A stretch of 54,064 nucleotides of DNA, filler included, from Candidatus Babeliales bacterium (lineage in GTDB: Bacteria > Babelota > Babeliae > Babelales > JABCYS01), in assembly GCA_016929235.1 (NCBI GenBank). It is 3 parts of 3 records of this genome, joined end to end, with 100 filler letters (N's around TTAATTAATTAA, not from the genome) between each part and the next. Parts side by side here need not be neighbours in the genome. Positions count along the whole stretch, not along the records: positions 1 to 21,702 come from JAFGJD010000004.1; positions 21,803 to 49,611 come from JAFGJD010000005.1; 1 more part is not named here. The stretch is one strand, 5' to 3'. How positions within the stretch are numbered: the stretch's first letter is position 1; every line of letters begins with the position of its first letter. The position numbers and the translations under genes are program-made. The notes under the pieces were generated by a model. It searched no databases. It saw only the letters and a list, made by a program, of their open reading frames with translations, and was not told the origin of the DNA. Below are positions 19,347 to 29,737 of the stretch, piece by piece.

Positions 19347-21200
19347 ATGAATGATCTGATAACCGCACTGAAATCTAAAGCGTATCACTTGCGTGTATCA
19401 TCAGTAAGAATGACAACACAGGCAGGCTCGGGACATGTAACTTCAGCGCTATCTGCAGCAGATATTGTTACGGCATTATTTTTTCATGTTATGCGATATG
19501 ATCCACATAATCCATCCAATCCTGATAGTGATCGGTTTATTCTTTCTAAGGGTCATGCTGTTCCTGTTGTCTATGCAGCATGGAAGGAGTTGGGGATTAT
19601 TAGCGATCGTGAGATGATGACCTATCGCGATATTACCTCTGTACTTGAAGGACATCCAACATCACGATTTGATCGTAACGAAGTAGCGACGGGATCGTTG
19701 GGTCAAGGTCTTTCGATTGGTATTGGTATGGCATTAAGCGCTCGCTTAGACAGTCGTGATTTTAGAACCTATGTCTTGATGGGCGACAGTGAGATTTCTG
19801 AAGGTTCGGTGTGGGAGGCCGTTGAACTTGCTGCACATTACCGCCTCAATACCGTAACAGCTATCGTTGATGTAAATCGTTTAGGACAAGTGGGAGAGTC
19901 ATTATTTGGTAATGACCTAGTCGCCTACAAAAAACGATTTGAGGCATTTGGATGGCACGCATTCACCGTAGATGGTCATGATATGCAGGCATTGTTACAA
20001 GTATTCGATCAAGCAACTGCAATTATTGATAAGCCAACGATTATTCTTGCAAAAACGAGGAAAGGATATGGCCTTACAGCGTGCGAAGATCAAAATGGAT
20101 ATCACGGTAAAGCCGTTCCATTAGACCAACTTGATGCCGCATTAGATACGCTTAAAAAACGTTTCCCGGAATCATTATACTGTGGCGGAACAGAGACAAT
20201 GCCACGGTTGCCACGACGAATAAACAAGGCAGTGCCCGAGATGAGTAAGCCAGAGTCTCCTGTATATACTGTTGGAGATTACGTGGCGACACGGGTTGCA
20301 TGTGGTCATACGTTAGCGGCCCTAGGCTGTGAAGATCCCGATATGGTGGTATTGGATGCTGAAGTAAAGAATTCAACATTTACCGAATTGTTTGAGAAAA
20401 ATCATCCTCAACGATTTATACAAAGTTTTATTGCGGAACAAGCTATGATCGGCATGGGAGTTGGTTTGGCTGTGCGAGGTAAGCATGTGTATGCGGGAAC
20501 GTTTGCAGCATTTGTATCCCGTGCTTTTGATCAACTGCGCATGGCTGCGATTGGTCGCTCTACGATTAAAATAATAGGTTCACATGCAGGTGTCTCGATT
20601 GGGCAAGATGGCCCTTCCCAAATGGGGCTTGAAGACATTGCCATGATGCGTACACTTCCTGGTTCTGTGGTGCTTTATCCGTGCGATGCGGTTAGTACGC
20701 AGGCTTTGGTTCGTGAGATGCACTCATATGACGACGGGATTACATACCTACGTACGACACGTGCTCCAACACCAGTGATCTATGAGAGCGGTGCGAAATT
20801 CACAATTGGTGGGTTCTCAATGCTACGTACGAGTGACAGTGATGTTGCATGTATTATTGCCGCAGGCATTACTGTATTTGAAGCGCTTAAGGCATATAAC
20901 GAACTACAACAGAATGGTATATCGATTGCAGTTATGGATCTGTATTGCGTGAAGCCAATTAACTTTGATGGAATTGTTCAAGCGGCGCATCGCGCAAACA
21001 AAACCATCATAACGGTTGAGGACCACTATTATGAAGGCGGAATCGGTGAATCGGTTGCTGCTGGTCTTGCGAGTGCAGACTGTACCATTCGCTCGTTAGC
21101 TGTTACCAAATTACCACGATCAGGATCAAAAGACGCACTTATGGAATATGAACAGATTAGCGCGGCTGCGATTGTTCAAGAGCTCAAACTACTTGTTTGA
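19347..21200 (+). CDS. tkt: Transketolase (single-chain, about 620 aa type)
   Basis: GSGH, DRFILSKGHA, LEGHP, TGSLGQG, GDSE.SEGSVWEA, IAEQ, SHAGVSIGQDGPSQM, TVEDHY. Confidence 0.96.
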   Translation: MNDLITALKSKAYHLRVSSVRMTTQAGSGHVTSALSAADIVTALFFHVMRYDPHNPSNPDSDRFILSKGHAVPVVYAAWKELGIISDREMMTYRDITSVLEGHPTSRFDRNEVATGSLGQGLSIGIGMALSARLDSRDFRTYVLMGDSEISEGSVWEAVELAAHYRLNTVTAIVDVNRLGQVGESLFGNDLVAYKKRFEAFGWHAFTVDGHDMQALLQVFDQATAIIDKPTIILAKTRKGYGLTACEDQNGYHGKAVPLDQLDAALDTLKKRFPESLYCGGTETMPRLPRRINKAVPEMSKPESPVYTVGDYVATRVACGHTLAALGCEDPDMVVLDAEVKNSTFTELFEKNHPQRFIQSFIAEQAMIGMGVGLAVRGKHVYAGTFAAFVSRAFDQLRMAAIGRSTIKIIGSHAGVSIGQDGPSQMGLEDIAMMRTLPGSVVLYPCDAVSTQALVREMHSYDDGITYLRTTRAPTPVIYESGAKFTIGGFSMLRTSDSDVACIIAAGITVFEALKAYNELQQNGISIAVMDLYCVKPINFDGIVQAAHRANKTIITVEDHYYEGGIGESVAAGLASADCTIRSLAVTKLPRSGSKDALMEYEQISAAAIVQELKLLV

Positions 21201-21653
21201 TTTTTTTACACGTTCCAACATAGGTTGGACAACCAATTGGTTCTTGTTGTTCAGTGTAAGTTCATATGTTTGATTGTCTGTGTCGGAAAGTTCCACCTTA
21301 TAATCGCCACCAACTTCAGGTCCTTGGGACATAAGGTATGCATTATTAGGAATTTTCCCCATGACTACGTTCATAACCGTGTTGCTACCAAGGCCTGTTC
21401 CGCGCTTTTCAAACCAGTAGAGTTTATTAAGTTCGATATCTGTTTTCTCACCTCCCGTCTTGCTGTTTAAACTAGCATTGATGAGAAATCCTTCGGTTGT
21501 TGGCCGACCATGTATTGTTCCATCATCAATCACAAAACGGGCAGTGATTGCATATGGGGTTTTGTTGACAAATGTGATGTTTATGGAATCGCTAGCTTGC
21601 GTATTTACAAAGGTCAAAGCAGTAGTTGTAATGAACAGTATCTGTTTTTTCAT
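21189..21653 (-). CDS. Hypothetical exported protein
   Basis: AAGGAG RBS; MKKQILFITTTALTFVNTQA signal peptide. Confidence 0.7.
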   Translation of the reverse strand: MKKQILFITTTALTFVNTQASDSINITFVNKTPYAITARFVIDDGTIHGRPTTEGFLINASLNSKTGGEKTDIELNKLYWFEKRGTGLGSNTVMNVVMGKIPNNAYLMSQGPEVGGDYKVELSDTDNQTYELTLNNKNQLVVQPMLERVKKSNK

Positions 21654-21702
21654 AGTTACACTCCTTTGGTCAAAACAGAATGGTTATCACGCAAGGCGTA
21701 TC

Positions 21703-21802
21703 NNNNNNNNNNNNNNNNNNNNNNNNNNNNNNNNNNNNNNNNNNNNTTAATTAATTAANNNNNNNNNNNNNNNNNNNNNNNNNNNNNNNNNNNNNNNNNN
21801 NN
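21703..21802. other. Artificial contig linker
   Basis: N44-TTAATTAATTAA-N44, an all-frame stop spacer. Confidence 0.97.
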
Positions 21803-21888
21803 GATGGCGTAGATGGTGTTGAGCTCTTGAACCAATCACAGCCACTCAAAAATAGTAGCGCAGGAAAAATTAAAAGGAGTTTTTTCAT
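21803..21888 (-). CDS. Lipoprotein, N-terminal fragment truncated by contig end
   Basis: AAAGGA RBS; MKKLLLIFPALLFLSG-CDWFKSSTPSTP with lipobox LSGC. Confidence 0.7.
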
Positions 21889-21956
21889 TACTAGTCCTTT
21901 TGGGTTATGGATGTAGAGAATGATATGCGTATTCTACATCGAGCGTATAGTGAAGA

Positions 21957-22160
21957 TCAAGACTCTTCAATGAGTTCTTTGTAATCGGGAAGTTCGAGCT
22001 CTTCGTATGTAATTTCTACGGTTTGGTCGTCTACGTTTTCACTACATTCGTATATGCATGAAGTTGCTTCTTCATGGCGTGTATGCATAGACGGATTCTT
22101 GCTAGCACAGCCACTAATGAGCAGTAATGTTATAATGTACGGCAGTACAGATGATTTCAT
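21957..22160 (-). CDS. Small hypothetical lipoprotein
   Basis: GGGGGA RBS; LLLISG-C lipobox; acidic C-terminus. Confidence 0.65.
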   Translation of the reverse strand: MKSSVLPYIITLLLISGCASKNPSMHTRHEEATSCIYECSENVDDQTVEITYEELELPDYKELIEES

Positions 22161-22178
22161 AGAATCCCCCAGATAAGA

Positions 22179-24629
22179 TTATGATCTTTTTTTGCCGTGC
22201 GGACGCTTATGTCGTGCACGCTTTGCAGCAGCCTTTTTTGCTTTCTCAGCTTCCTGAAACGGATCACTCGCAAGTGTTTTTAGTAGTACTTCGTCCATAT
22301 TGCTAACAAACGTGAGCTTTGGATTATCGCCAAGAGCCTCTTTTGCCTCTTCAATATCATCAGTGTTTTCTTTGGGAAGCAGGACGCGCTTAAATCCGTA
22401 TTGACGGGCAGCAAGGATTTTTTCTTTGAGACCGCCAACCTCAAGAACACGACCACGAAGCGTGATTTCCCCAGTCATAGCAACATCGGGTTGTACCGGT
22501 ATCTTGGTCAATGCTGACACGAGTGCTACACACATTGTAATACCAGCAGACGGCCCGTCCTTTGGTGTTGCTCCTTCTGGAACGTGAATATGGATATCTT
22601 TTGTTGAGTGGAATGTGCTGGAGAGGCCCAGTTCCTTACTCCGTGAACGAATGTAGCTTAATGCGGCATGTGCAGATTCCTGCATTACTTCACCGAGTTG
22701 GCCAGTAAGCGTGACCGTTCCTTTTCCAGGAATGATTGTTGCTTCTATTTCTAAGATGTCTCCACCAACTTCGGTCCATGCGAGCCCGGTTGCGAGTCCG
22801 ATACGATCCTTGCGACGATCAAGGGATGTTTTTCTGAATTCAGGAACACCAAGCAGTGTCTTGAGGGATGTTTCAGTGACGGTGATTGCCTTAGTGGATT
22901 TGTTTTTCAGAAGCTTCTGAATAGCCTTGCGCATAAGCTTAGCAATCGTACGTTCTAGTTGTCGCACGCCGGCTTCTTTGGTGTAATCTGCGATAATCTT
23001 TGTGATAACAGCATCAGAAAGCCTGAACTGCTTTTTTTCAAGACTGTGTTCTTTGAGATTTTTTGGTATCAAGAATCGCTTGGCAATATCAAGTTTTTCC
23101 TCTTCGGTATAGCCAGACAAATTTATAATTTCCATACGGTCATAAAGGGGCAATGGTATGCCATCGATATGATTTGCCGTTGTAATGAACATGACGTTTG
23201 AAAGATCGAATTCTGTTTCAACAAAATGATCGGTGAATGTCTTGTTTTGTTCTGGATCAAGGACCTCAAGCAATGCAGATGCTGGATCACCGTGGTAATC
23301 GCTATCGATCTTATCGATTTCATCAAGCAGAATGACAGGATTTTTTGTTTTTGCTTTACGCATTGCTTGTATTATTTTACCGGGCAATGCTCCAATATAT
23401 GTTCTACGGTGACCTCTAATTTCCGCTTCGTCCCGGATGCCGCCAAGTGAAATACGAACAAAGGTTCTACCAAGGCTGTCTGCAATGGATTTTCCAAGGG
23501 AGGTCTTACCAACTCCCGGAGGACCTGCAAGACAGATGATGGGTGAACGTTCGTAATTGTCTGAAAACTTTTTTGCTGCGAGGAACTCAATAATCCGCTC
23601 TTTGGCCTTTTTTAGACCGGCATGATTTTGATTGAGAATCTTTTCGGCTTGAGTGATGCCGATTCGATCCTTGGTTGTCTTGTTCCATGGAAGAGCTGTT
23701 ACCCAATCAATATAGTGACGGCTAACGACTGCTTCGGATGAGAGGGCAGGCATTTGCTCAAGTCGTTTTATTTCCTTTTCTACTTTTTCTAGTGCTTCTT
23801 CGGACATTCCAAGCGTCTTGACTCTCTTTCTCAGATCATCCAATTCTGAGGAGAGATCTTCACGGCCAAGTTCCTTTTGAATGGCCTTCATTTGTTCGTT
23901 GAGGTAGTATTCGCGTTGATTCTTTTCCACCTGGGTTTGTACGCGGCCTTTGATACGTTCTTCTGTTTGAAGAATCTCAATTTCTTTTTTAATTAGTGCA
24001 CAAACTTTGCGGATTCTTGTATTCAAATCGATGGTTTCAAGTAGAAGTTGGCGTTCCTCAAATGATATTCCGAGCTGCACGGCAACAGCATCGGTGATGT
24101 AGTCCATTTCCTTATGGCTTTTGACCATTGCAATCAAATCGATTGGGGCCTTCTCATTGAATTTAACATAGGATATGTAAAGCGATTTGAGATAGCGCCA
24201 GCCAGCCTCTAGCTCGGTGACTTTTTCAAGGCCTATAGTTGGAAGGTCCTCAAATTCTACGCTGATGAATTTTTCTGATGTTTCTGTGCCGACTATACGC
24301 GACCTACAAATTCCTTCAACGACGATTTTCAGGGTATTGTCTGGCATTCGCATAACCTGCAGGATATTTGCCCTGGTTCCATGGATATATAAGTCCCTAA
24401 GAGTGGGATGTTCTATATCCGGATGGGTTTGGGCAGTAATGAAGATCGTCTTGTCGTGCTTAAGCGCATGCTCGACAGCATTGATGGATGATTCGCGGCC
24501 GACAATGATTGGCGTGATACTTTTGGGGAGGAGTACGACATTTTTTAAGGGAAGAAGGGGAAGGAGTCTCTTGTGTTCTTCAAGTCGCGAATGATGCCCT
24601 GCGAGCTCCTGCGGCATGCTTTCGATCAT
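22179..24629 (-). CDS. lon: ATP-dependent protease La
   Basis: LPLLPLKN N-domain, [30 protein letters not shown]. Start moved to ATG 24629 (GGGAGACAGG RBS). Confidence 0.98.
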   Translation of the reverse strand: MIESMPQELAGHHSRLEEHKRLLPLLPLKNVVLLPKSITPIIVGRESSINAVEHALKHDKTIFITAQTHPDIEHPTLRDLYIHGTRANILQVMRMPDNTLKIVVEGICRSRIVGTETSEKFISVEFEDLPTIGLEKVTELEAGWRYLKSLYISYVKFNEKAPIDLIAMVKSHKEMDYITDAVAVQLGISFEERQLLLETIDLNTRIRKVCALIKKEIEILQTEERIKGRVQTQVEKNQREYYLNEQMKAIQKELGREDLSSELDDLRKRVKTLGMSEEALEKVEKEIKRLEQMPALSSEAVVSRHYIDWVTALPWNKTTKDRIGITQAEKILNQNHAGLKKAKERIIEFLAAKKFSDNYERSPIICLAGPPGVGKTSLGKSIADSLGRTFVRISLGGIRDEAEIRGHRRTYIGALPGKIIQAMRKAKTKNPVILLDEIDKIDSDYHGDPASALLEVLDPEQNKTFTDHFVETEFDLSNVMFITTANHIDGIPLPLYDRMEIINLSGYTEEEKLDIAKRFLIPKNLKEHSLEKKQFRLSDAVITKIIADYTKEAGVRQLERTIAKLMRKAIQKLLKNKSTKAITVTETSLKTLLGVPEFRKTSLDRRKDRIGLATGLAWTEVGGDILEIEATIIPGKGTVTLTGQLGEVMQESAHAALSYIRSRSKELGLSSTFHSTKDIHIHVPEGATPKDGPSAGITMCVALVSALTKIPVQPDVAMTGEITLRGRVLEVGGLKEKILAARQYGFKRVLLPKENTDDIEEAKEALGDNPKLTFVSNMDEVLLKTLASDPFQEAEKAKKAAAKRARHKRPHGKKRS

Positions 24630-24795
24630 AAACCTGTCTCCCTGGTAGAAATCTGATTGTATGAAGTAAATCTTTAAGTTTGAGTGGAGATTGCGGTCTC
24701 CCTGAACGGATCTCATTGTAGCAAAGACCCCCCGATTCGTAAATGCCAATTTTGAGACAAGGTAATTGCACTAAAAAGCATCGAAATAAGCTTTG

Positions 24796-24823
24796 TTTAC
24801 AACATAAAAGAGTGTGATAAACT
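24796..24823 (+). promoter_or_regulatory. Putative promoter of the nucleotide translocase gene
   Basis: TTTACA, 16 nt, TAAACT with an extended -10 TGn. Confidence 0.45.
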
Positions 24824-24903
24824 GTTACTTCTCTTTTCGGTATATTCATCCATTGGTGATCGCTTCTGATCACTTTTTTACCTTTTACGAGGAGGATCTG
24901 CGC

Positions 24904-26247
24904 ATGTTAAAACGTTTGGCCACTGCATTATGGGGTGAGATGAGCTCTGAGGAGTGGAAAAAGTTTCTCTCATTGGGGGGTATTTTTGGACTTATCATCG
25001 GTACCTACTGGACGTTAAGACCACTCAAAGACGGTCTGTTTTCTGAATTAGTAGGTATGGAGTTTGCTCCAGACGCCAAGATCGTTTCCTTGTGTGTGAT
25101 TGTGCCGTTAGTCATGCTCTACGGCAAGGTTGTGGATCGTTTTCCTCGTGAAAAAGTCTTTTATGTCTTAACCGGTTTGTATGGAACGCTTTCGGTTTTG
25201 TTTGCTTTTGCAATGATGCATCCTAAGTATGGCTTAGGTGGGACTGAACCGTCTCATATCCTAGGATATGCTTGGTATGTGTTTGTCGAAAGTTTTGGAT
25301 CATTAATTGTTGCTCTATTCTGGGCACTTACCAGTGATATTACGCTTCCCGAATCGGCGAAAAAGGGTTACTACTTTGTGACGCTCCTTGGGCAGATAGG
25401 TGGCGTTATGGGTCCACGTTATCTTAAGGCTAAGCATTTTGGCTTTAAAACCAGTGCTCCGATAATTCTTATTCTTGCTACTTTTATCATTGGAGTTGGT
25501 TTACTTATTAAGGCGTTTATGACATTTACCCCAAAGGATCAATTGGTTGGTTATAAGGGTGATGATGGCGCCGCCAAAGAAGAGACTGGATTTCTCGAAG
25601 GTCTAAAGTTGCTTCTTTCTAAGCCATACTTGCTTGCTATTTTTGCAGTGATTTCCATCTATGAAGTTATTGTTACTATTTTGGACTACAGATTTAAGCT
25701 TATGGCTCGTGCAAATTTCCCTATCGAAATTGATTTTACCGCATATTTGAATGATTATGCGCAGTGGGTTAATTTCGTAGCTATGCTGTGCATTGTCCTT
25801 GGTGTAAGCAATATTCAGCGTCGCTTGGGGCTCTCGGTCTCGTTGGCATTGTTGCCTCTTATGATTGCCTCGGCTGTTGTAACCCTCAAGGCGGCTCCTG
25901 TGTTAAGCGTTGCTTTTGTAATCATGGTTGCGGCTAAAGCAGTCAATTATGCATTGAATGGTCCATCATTGAAGCAACTTTATATCCCAACCTCAACCGA
26001 TACGAAGTATAAAGCGAGCGCATGGATCGAAATGTTTGGATCACGTGGCTCTAAGGCTATCGGATCTACCATTAACAAGATGCGCCAGTCGTTCTTGGCA
26101 CAATATGGTCTTATTTCTGGAGATACCATGTTTATGGCGATGAGCTCCTATCTCTCACTGGGCCTCATCGGCTTCTGGTTCTTTATTGCTCTCTACCTTG
26201 GTAGAACCCATAAGAAGGCAATTCAAGAGAATAAAATCATTTGCTAG
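24904..26247 (+). CDS. Npt1/Npt2 (TLC/AAA family) nucleotide transporter, ATP/ADP translocase-like, copy 1
   Basis: LRPLKD, YVFVESFGSL...FW, AKKGY, YIP...DTKYKASAWIEMFGSRGSK; about 12 TM; GAGGAGG RBS. Confidence 0.92.
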   Translation: MLKRLATALWGEMSSEEWKKFLSLGGIFGLIIGTYWTLRPLKDGLFSELVGMEFAPDAKIVSLCVIVPLVMLYGKVVDRFPREKVFYVLTGLYGTLSVLFAFAMMHPKYGLGGTEPSHILGYAWYVFVESFGSLIVALFWALTSDITLPESAKKGYYFVTLLGQIGGVMGPRYLKAKHFGFKTSAPIILILATFIIGVGLLIKAFMTFTPKDQLVGYKGDDGAAKEETGFLEGLKLLLSKPYLLAIFAVISIYEVIVTILDYRFKLMARANFPIEIDFTAYLNDYAQWVNFVAMLCIVLGVSNIQRRLGLSVSLALLPLMIASAVVTLKAAPVLSVAFVIMVAAKAVNYALNGPSLKQLYIPTSTDTKYKASAWIEMFGSRGSKAIGSTINKMRQSFLAQYGLISGDTMFMAMSSYLSLGLIGFWFFIALYLGRTHKKAIQENKIIC

Positions 26248-26284
26248 AAGCAGATTTCTTGTTTACCCTAGTGGTGAAAAGATG

Positions 26285-26317
26285 GGGCCGCTCGCTTCAT
26301 GAGTGGCCCTTATTTTT
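26285..26317 (+). terminator. Probable terminator hairpin between the two translocase genes
   Basis: GGGCCGCTC-loop-GAGTGGCCC followed by TTATTTTT. Confidence 0.6.
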
Positions 26318-26365
26318 AGAGTGAGATGAGGCGCTGCCAGATTTTGGTCACAACAGAGGAAGCGT

Positions 26366-27802
26366 ATGAAGGCACAGCTGAGAAATCTGTTTACATCAGT
26401 ATTTTCTATGGAGCGTCAAGAAAGGTTAAAGGTCTGGTTTATGTCCTTGGCCTTTTTTCTTATTGTGGGCGCTTACACTATAGCCAAGGAGCTTAAAGAC
26501 TCAATCTTTGTGAGCATTGTCGGTCGAACGTGGTTGCCTGAAGTGAAAATTTATTCCATCTTTGTTTTGGTTCCCTTTATTTTATTGTATTCACGGGCAG
26601 TAGATAAGATGCGGCGTTATGAGCTTGTTGCCTTTTATAGCGGTATTTTTGGGGTTATAAGTTTATTATTTACATATCTGATTGGCCATCCAACCATTGG
26701 TATTGGGAATACACAAGCGAGTCCACACCGAGTCTTCGGGTGGATTTTTTACTTTTTTGTGGAAGGGTTTTCGCCGTTTTTAGTGAGTGTATTCTGGGCG
26801 TTTTTAAACTCGGTTTCTAAGCCAGAAGAGGCAAAGAAGACCTATCCGTGGATTATAGCAGGTTCAAAACTTGGCGGCATGACTACGTCTGGCTTTGCAT
26901 GGATACTTTTTCGGTTTGCAGGTGAAGGTATCAAGGCGCATTTGTCAGAAGCGGTGAGTCATCAAATTTTGATGGGAATAACAGCGATTTTGTTACTCCT
27001 TGTTCCTGTGGTGATTTATACCATGATGCATCGGGTTTCTGGGTATCATCTACATGGATATGAAGCAGTATATAAGCTGGAAAAAAAGCGGGCTAAAGAA
27101 CAGGAAGAAGAAGCTTCACGTGGAAGCGTTTTTACGGCTATTCGTGACCAACTTTCAGGTATGTTTGGTGGGCTAGTTATGTTTGTTAAGCAGCCTTATA
27201 TCCTAGGCATATTCAGCTTGACCTTCTTTTTTGAGGTTATTAACGCGATTTTTAATTACCAGCGATTGGGAATTGTACAAAGTCAGGCCGTCAGCATCTC
27301 AGGTGTTTCATCTATTCTATATGCACAGCGGTTTTCTGTTCACTTTCTTGGTTTGGTGATTACCTTGCTAGGAACTCAGTTACTGCTCAATAAACTAGGT
27401 GAGCGGCTGTGTTTAATTCTGATTCCACTTATTAGTGGGTCGCTTATGTTCTATTTGATTTTGAGTCCAAATCCTCAGGCAGTCTTCATTGCCTTTATTG
27501 GGCTCCAAGCCCTCAATTATTCATTTGCTCATCCGATCAAAGAAAGTCTTTATATTCCAACGGTCAAGGAGCTCAAGTTCAAATCTAAATCTTGGATTGA
27601 TGCCTTTGGGTCAAAGCTATCTAAAATGACGGGTTCCGCATTTAATATTCTGGGTGATAAGGTTGGCCCAGCATTCTTCATGCCGTTGCATGTTGGTGTT
27701 TTTATTGTGTTAATTGGGGCATGGCTTTTTTCTGCTGGATGGCTTGGCCGGCGATATGAGCGTGCTATTGAAAATAATGAGGTCATCAACAGCGTGTCAT
27801 AG
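26366..27802 (+). CDS. Npt1/Npt2 nucleotide transporter, copy 2
   Basis: KELKDS, YFFVEGF...SVFWAF, EAKKTY, ESLYIPT..ELKFKSKSWIDAFGSKLSK; about 12 TM. Confidence 0.92.
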   Translation: MKAQLRNLFTSVFSMERQERLKVWFMSLAFFLIVGAYTIAKELKDSIFVSIVGRTWLPEVKIYSIFVLVPFILLYSRAVDKMRRYELVAFYSGIFGVISLLFTYLIGHPTIGIGNTQASPHRVFGWIFYFFVEGFSPFLVSVFWAFLNSVSKPEEAKKTYPWIIAGSKLGGMTTSGFAWILFRFAGEGIKAHLSEAVSHQILMGITAILLLLVPVVIYTMMHRVSGYHLHGYEAVYKLEKKRAKEQEEEASRGSVFTAIRDQLSGMFGGLVMFVKQPYILGIFSLTFFFEVINAIFNYQRLGIVQSQAVSISGVSSILYAQRFSVHFLGLVITLLGTQLLLNKLGERLCLILIPLISGSLMFYLILSPNPQAVFIAFIGLQALNYSFAHPIKESLYIPTVKELKFKSKSWIDAFGSKLSKMTGSAFNILGDKVGPAFFMPLHVGVFIVLIGAWLFSAGWLGRRYERAIENNEVINSVS

Positions 27803-27948
27803 CGCTGTAGCTGATTGAAATAAGCTGGTGATCTGATACGATAAGAAAGCATTTATCTTATTAAAACCCTTGCTTCTTAATCTGGGTGGTTACTCGGTTC
27901 TTTGAGCCGATCCGAGAAGTAATTGGTATAACCCTGAAAGGTCTACTC

Positions 27949-28845
27949 ATGATAGATTTCAAAAAGTTGGCAAAAGCAGGTGTTCATTTTGGGCACCAAA
28001 CTTCTCGCTGGTCTCCTAAGATGGCTCCTTATATTTGGGGGCATCGTAGCGGGATCCACCTCATCGATATTTCAAAAACAGCTCAGCAACTTGAACAAGC
28101 TGCAAATTTTCTTGAGTCAATCGCGGCAGAAGGCAAGCAGATTTTGTGGGTAGGAACTAAGAAGGCTGCACAGGATGCTATTTTTGCTGCAGGTGAATCT
28201 GTCTCAATGCCAACGGTAATTCACCGCTGGATTGGTGGGACATTGACCAACTATTCTCAAGTGAAAAAGTCCATTACGCGACTTCTCCATCTTGAAGATA
28301 TTCTTGATAAGTCGGTTGAGTTTTCATACAAGAAAAAAGAGCTTAATACCTTCAACAAGATGGCTCAGCGGCTAGAGCATAGCATTGGAGGCATTCGTAA
28401 ACTTCGTTGGCCGGTAGGGGCTATCGTTGTAGTTGACGTTCGTAAAGAACAAACTGCACTTCGAGAAGCAGCTGTTATGGGCATTCCGGTAGTTGCATTG
28501 GTTGATACTAACGCGGATCCTTCGATGGTAGATTACGTGATTCCTGGAAATGATGACTCTCCGAAGTCAGTTCGTTTGATTACGGATTACTTGGCAGAAG
28601 CTGTGAGGCGTGGTTTAGAAAAAAAGACGGCTGACGTAGTAGAAGAACCAACTATTCAAGAAAAATCTCTTGTTGAAGTTGTTCAAGAGGATTCATCTGA
28701 AGAAAAGGCTGATGCTCTTGCTAACAAGAAAAAGGTTGGCCTAAAAGGTCCCATCAAGAAAGCCACTTCAAAGCCAAAGATGATGAAGCGGCCTGTATCA
28801 CCGAAGACGGTTGAAGACGACGCTGACAATAGCGACGAAGAATAA
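27949..28845 (+). CDS. rpsB: 30S ribosomal protein S2 with C-terminal extension
   Basis: AGVHFGHQTSRWSPKM, VGTKK, RWIGGTLTN, VDTNADP, IPGNDDS. Confidence 0.97.
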   Translation: MIDFKKLAKAGVHFGHQTSRWSPKMAPYIWGHRSGIHLIDISKTAQQLEQAANFLESIAAEGKQILWVGTKKAAQDAIFAAGESVSMPTVIHRWIGGTLTNYSQVKKSITRLLHLEDILDKSVEFSYKKKELNTFNKMAQRLEHSIGGIRKLRWPVGAIVVVDVRKEQTALREAAVMGIPVVALVDTNADPSMVDYVIPGNDDSPKSVRLITDYLAEAVRRGLEKKTADVVEEPTIQEKSLVEVVQEDSSEEKADALANKKKVGLKGPIKKATSKPKMMKRPVSPKTVEDDADNSDEE

Positions 28846-28860
28846 AATAAAATTGTTCGC

Positions 28861-28952
28861 GGAGAGGTGTCTGAGTGGTTGAAAGAGCACGATTGGAAAT
28901 CGTGTATGTTCCGAAAGGGGCATCGAGGGTTCGAATCCCTCTCTCTCCGCCA
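28861..28952 (+). tRNA. tRNA-Ser (anticodon GGA)
   Basis: GGAGAGG/TCTCTCC acceptor stem, CACGA-TTGGAAA-TCGTG anticodon arm, long variable arm, GTTCGAATC T-loop, encoded CCA. Confidence 0.97.
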
Positions 28953-29021
28953 TGTATTTTTAACATGAATTTTCTTCAGTATATTGTTGCTCTAACTATT
29001 TTTTTTGGGTGCAAGGATTTT

Positions 29022-29672
29022 ATGGCTCATGAAAATATATCACGGGGAACAATCATTATTTTAAATGGTCCATCCTGTGTTGGTAAGACAAGTACCCAAA
29101 AGGCTCTTCAAGTGATTATGGATGAACCCTATATAAAGTTGGGTGTGGATGGGCTGTTTGATGCCGTCTTGCCTGATTCAATTAACTTGGAAGTTGTTCC
29201 AGAAGGATCGTTTAGGCCAGAAGATATTCGCTATGTTGCCGAATCAGTTGATGCGGATGGCGTTAAGCTTATTTCGCTACATGTTGGCCCGATTGGTAGG
29301 GCTGTAATTTCTGGTATGCATCATGCTATTAAAGCGTACGCGGATCAGGGAAATAATGTAGTTGTCGATTATATTCTCTATGACCAAGAGTGGTTGAAGG
29401 AGCTTGTGTCGATTTTAAAAGATTATCGGGTTTACTGGATTGGTCTTACAATTTCCTTAGATGAGCTTGAACGTCGTGAACAAGAACGCGGAACCTCGCC
29501 TGTAGGGCATGCGCGTAGCCATTATCACACTGTGCATGGACCTAAGAGGTATGATTTGGAAGTAGATGCGGAAGCGTATGATGCTAAAGTGCGTGCCTCT
29601 ATGATTAAACAATTTATTATGCATCGTCAGCCTCGAGCTTTCGCAGAATTAGCAAAAATTTATGAAGTGTAG
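29022..29672 (+). CDS. Chloramphenicol phosphotransferase-like P-loop kinase
   Basis: IIILNGPSCVGKTS, GNNVVVD, LERREQERG, YDLEVD. AAGGA RBS before ATG 29022; alternative start at 28965. Confidence 0.85.
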   Translation: MAHENISRGTIIILNGPSCVGKTSTQKALQVIMDEPYIKLGVDGLFDAVLPDSINLEVVPEGSFRPEDIRYVAESVDADGVKLISLHVGPIGRAVISGMHHAIKAYADQGNNVVVDYILYDQEWLKELVSILKDYRVYWIGLTISLDELERREQERGTSPVGHARSHYHTVHGPKRYDLEVDAEAYDAKVRASMIKQFIMHRQPRAFAELAKIYEV

Positions 29673-29737
29673 CATCGTCATGGTACACTAACACGAGATT
29701 TCTATTTCGTGGTAAAAGAATAAGTGTGGTAACAATA

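Noticed and set aside
21747..21758. Perfect palindrome TTAATTAATTAA, repeated at 49656-49667
   Set aside because: Flanked by 44 Ns on each side; an artificial contig spacer. Adjacency across it carries no biological meaning.
28875..29021. N-terminal extension of ORF 28875-29672, and antisense ORF 28754-28966
   Set aside because: They overlap tRNA-Ser and are translations of tRNA sequence.
28953..29672. CPT-like gene after a tRNA read as an integrated resistance island
   Set aside because: No integrase, att duplication or compositional break seen, and the family match does not establish chloramphenicol resistance.
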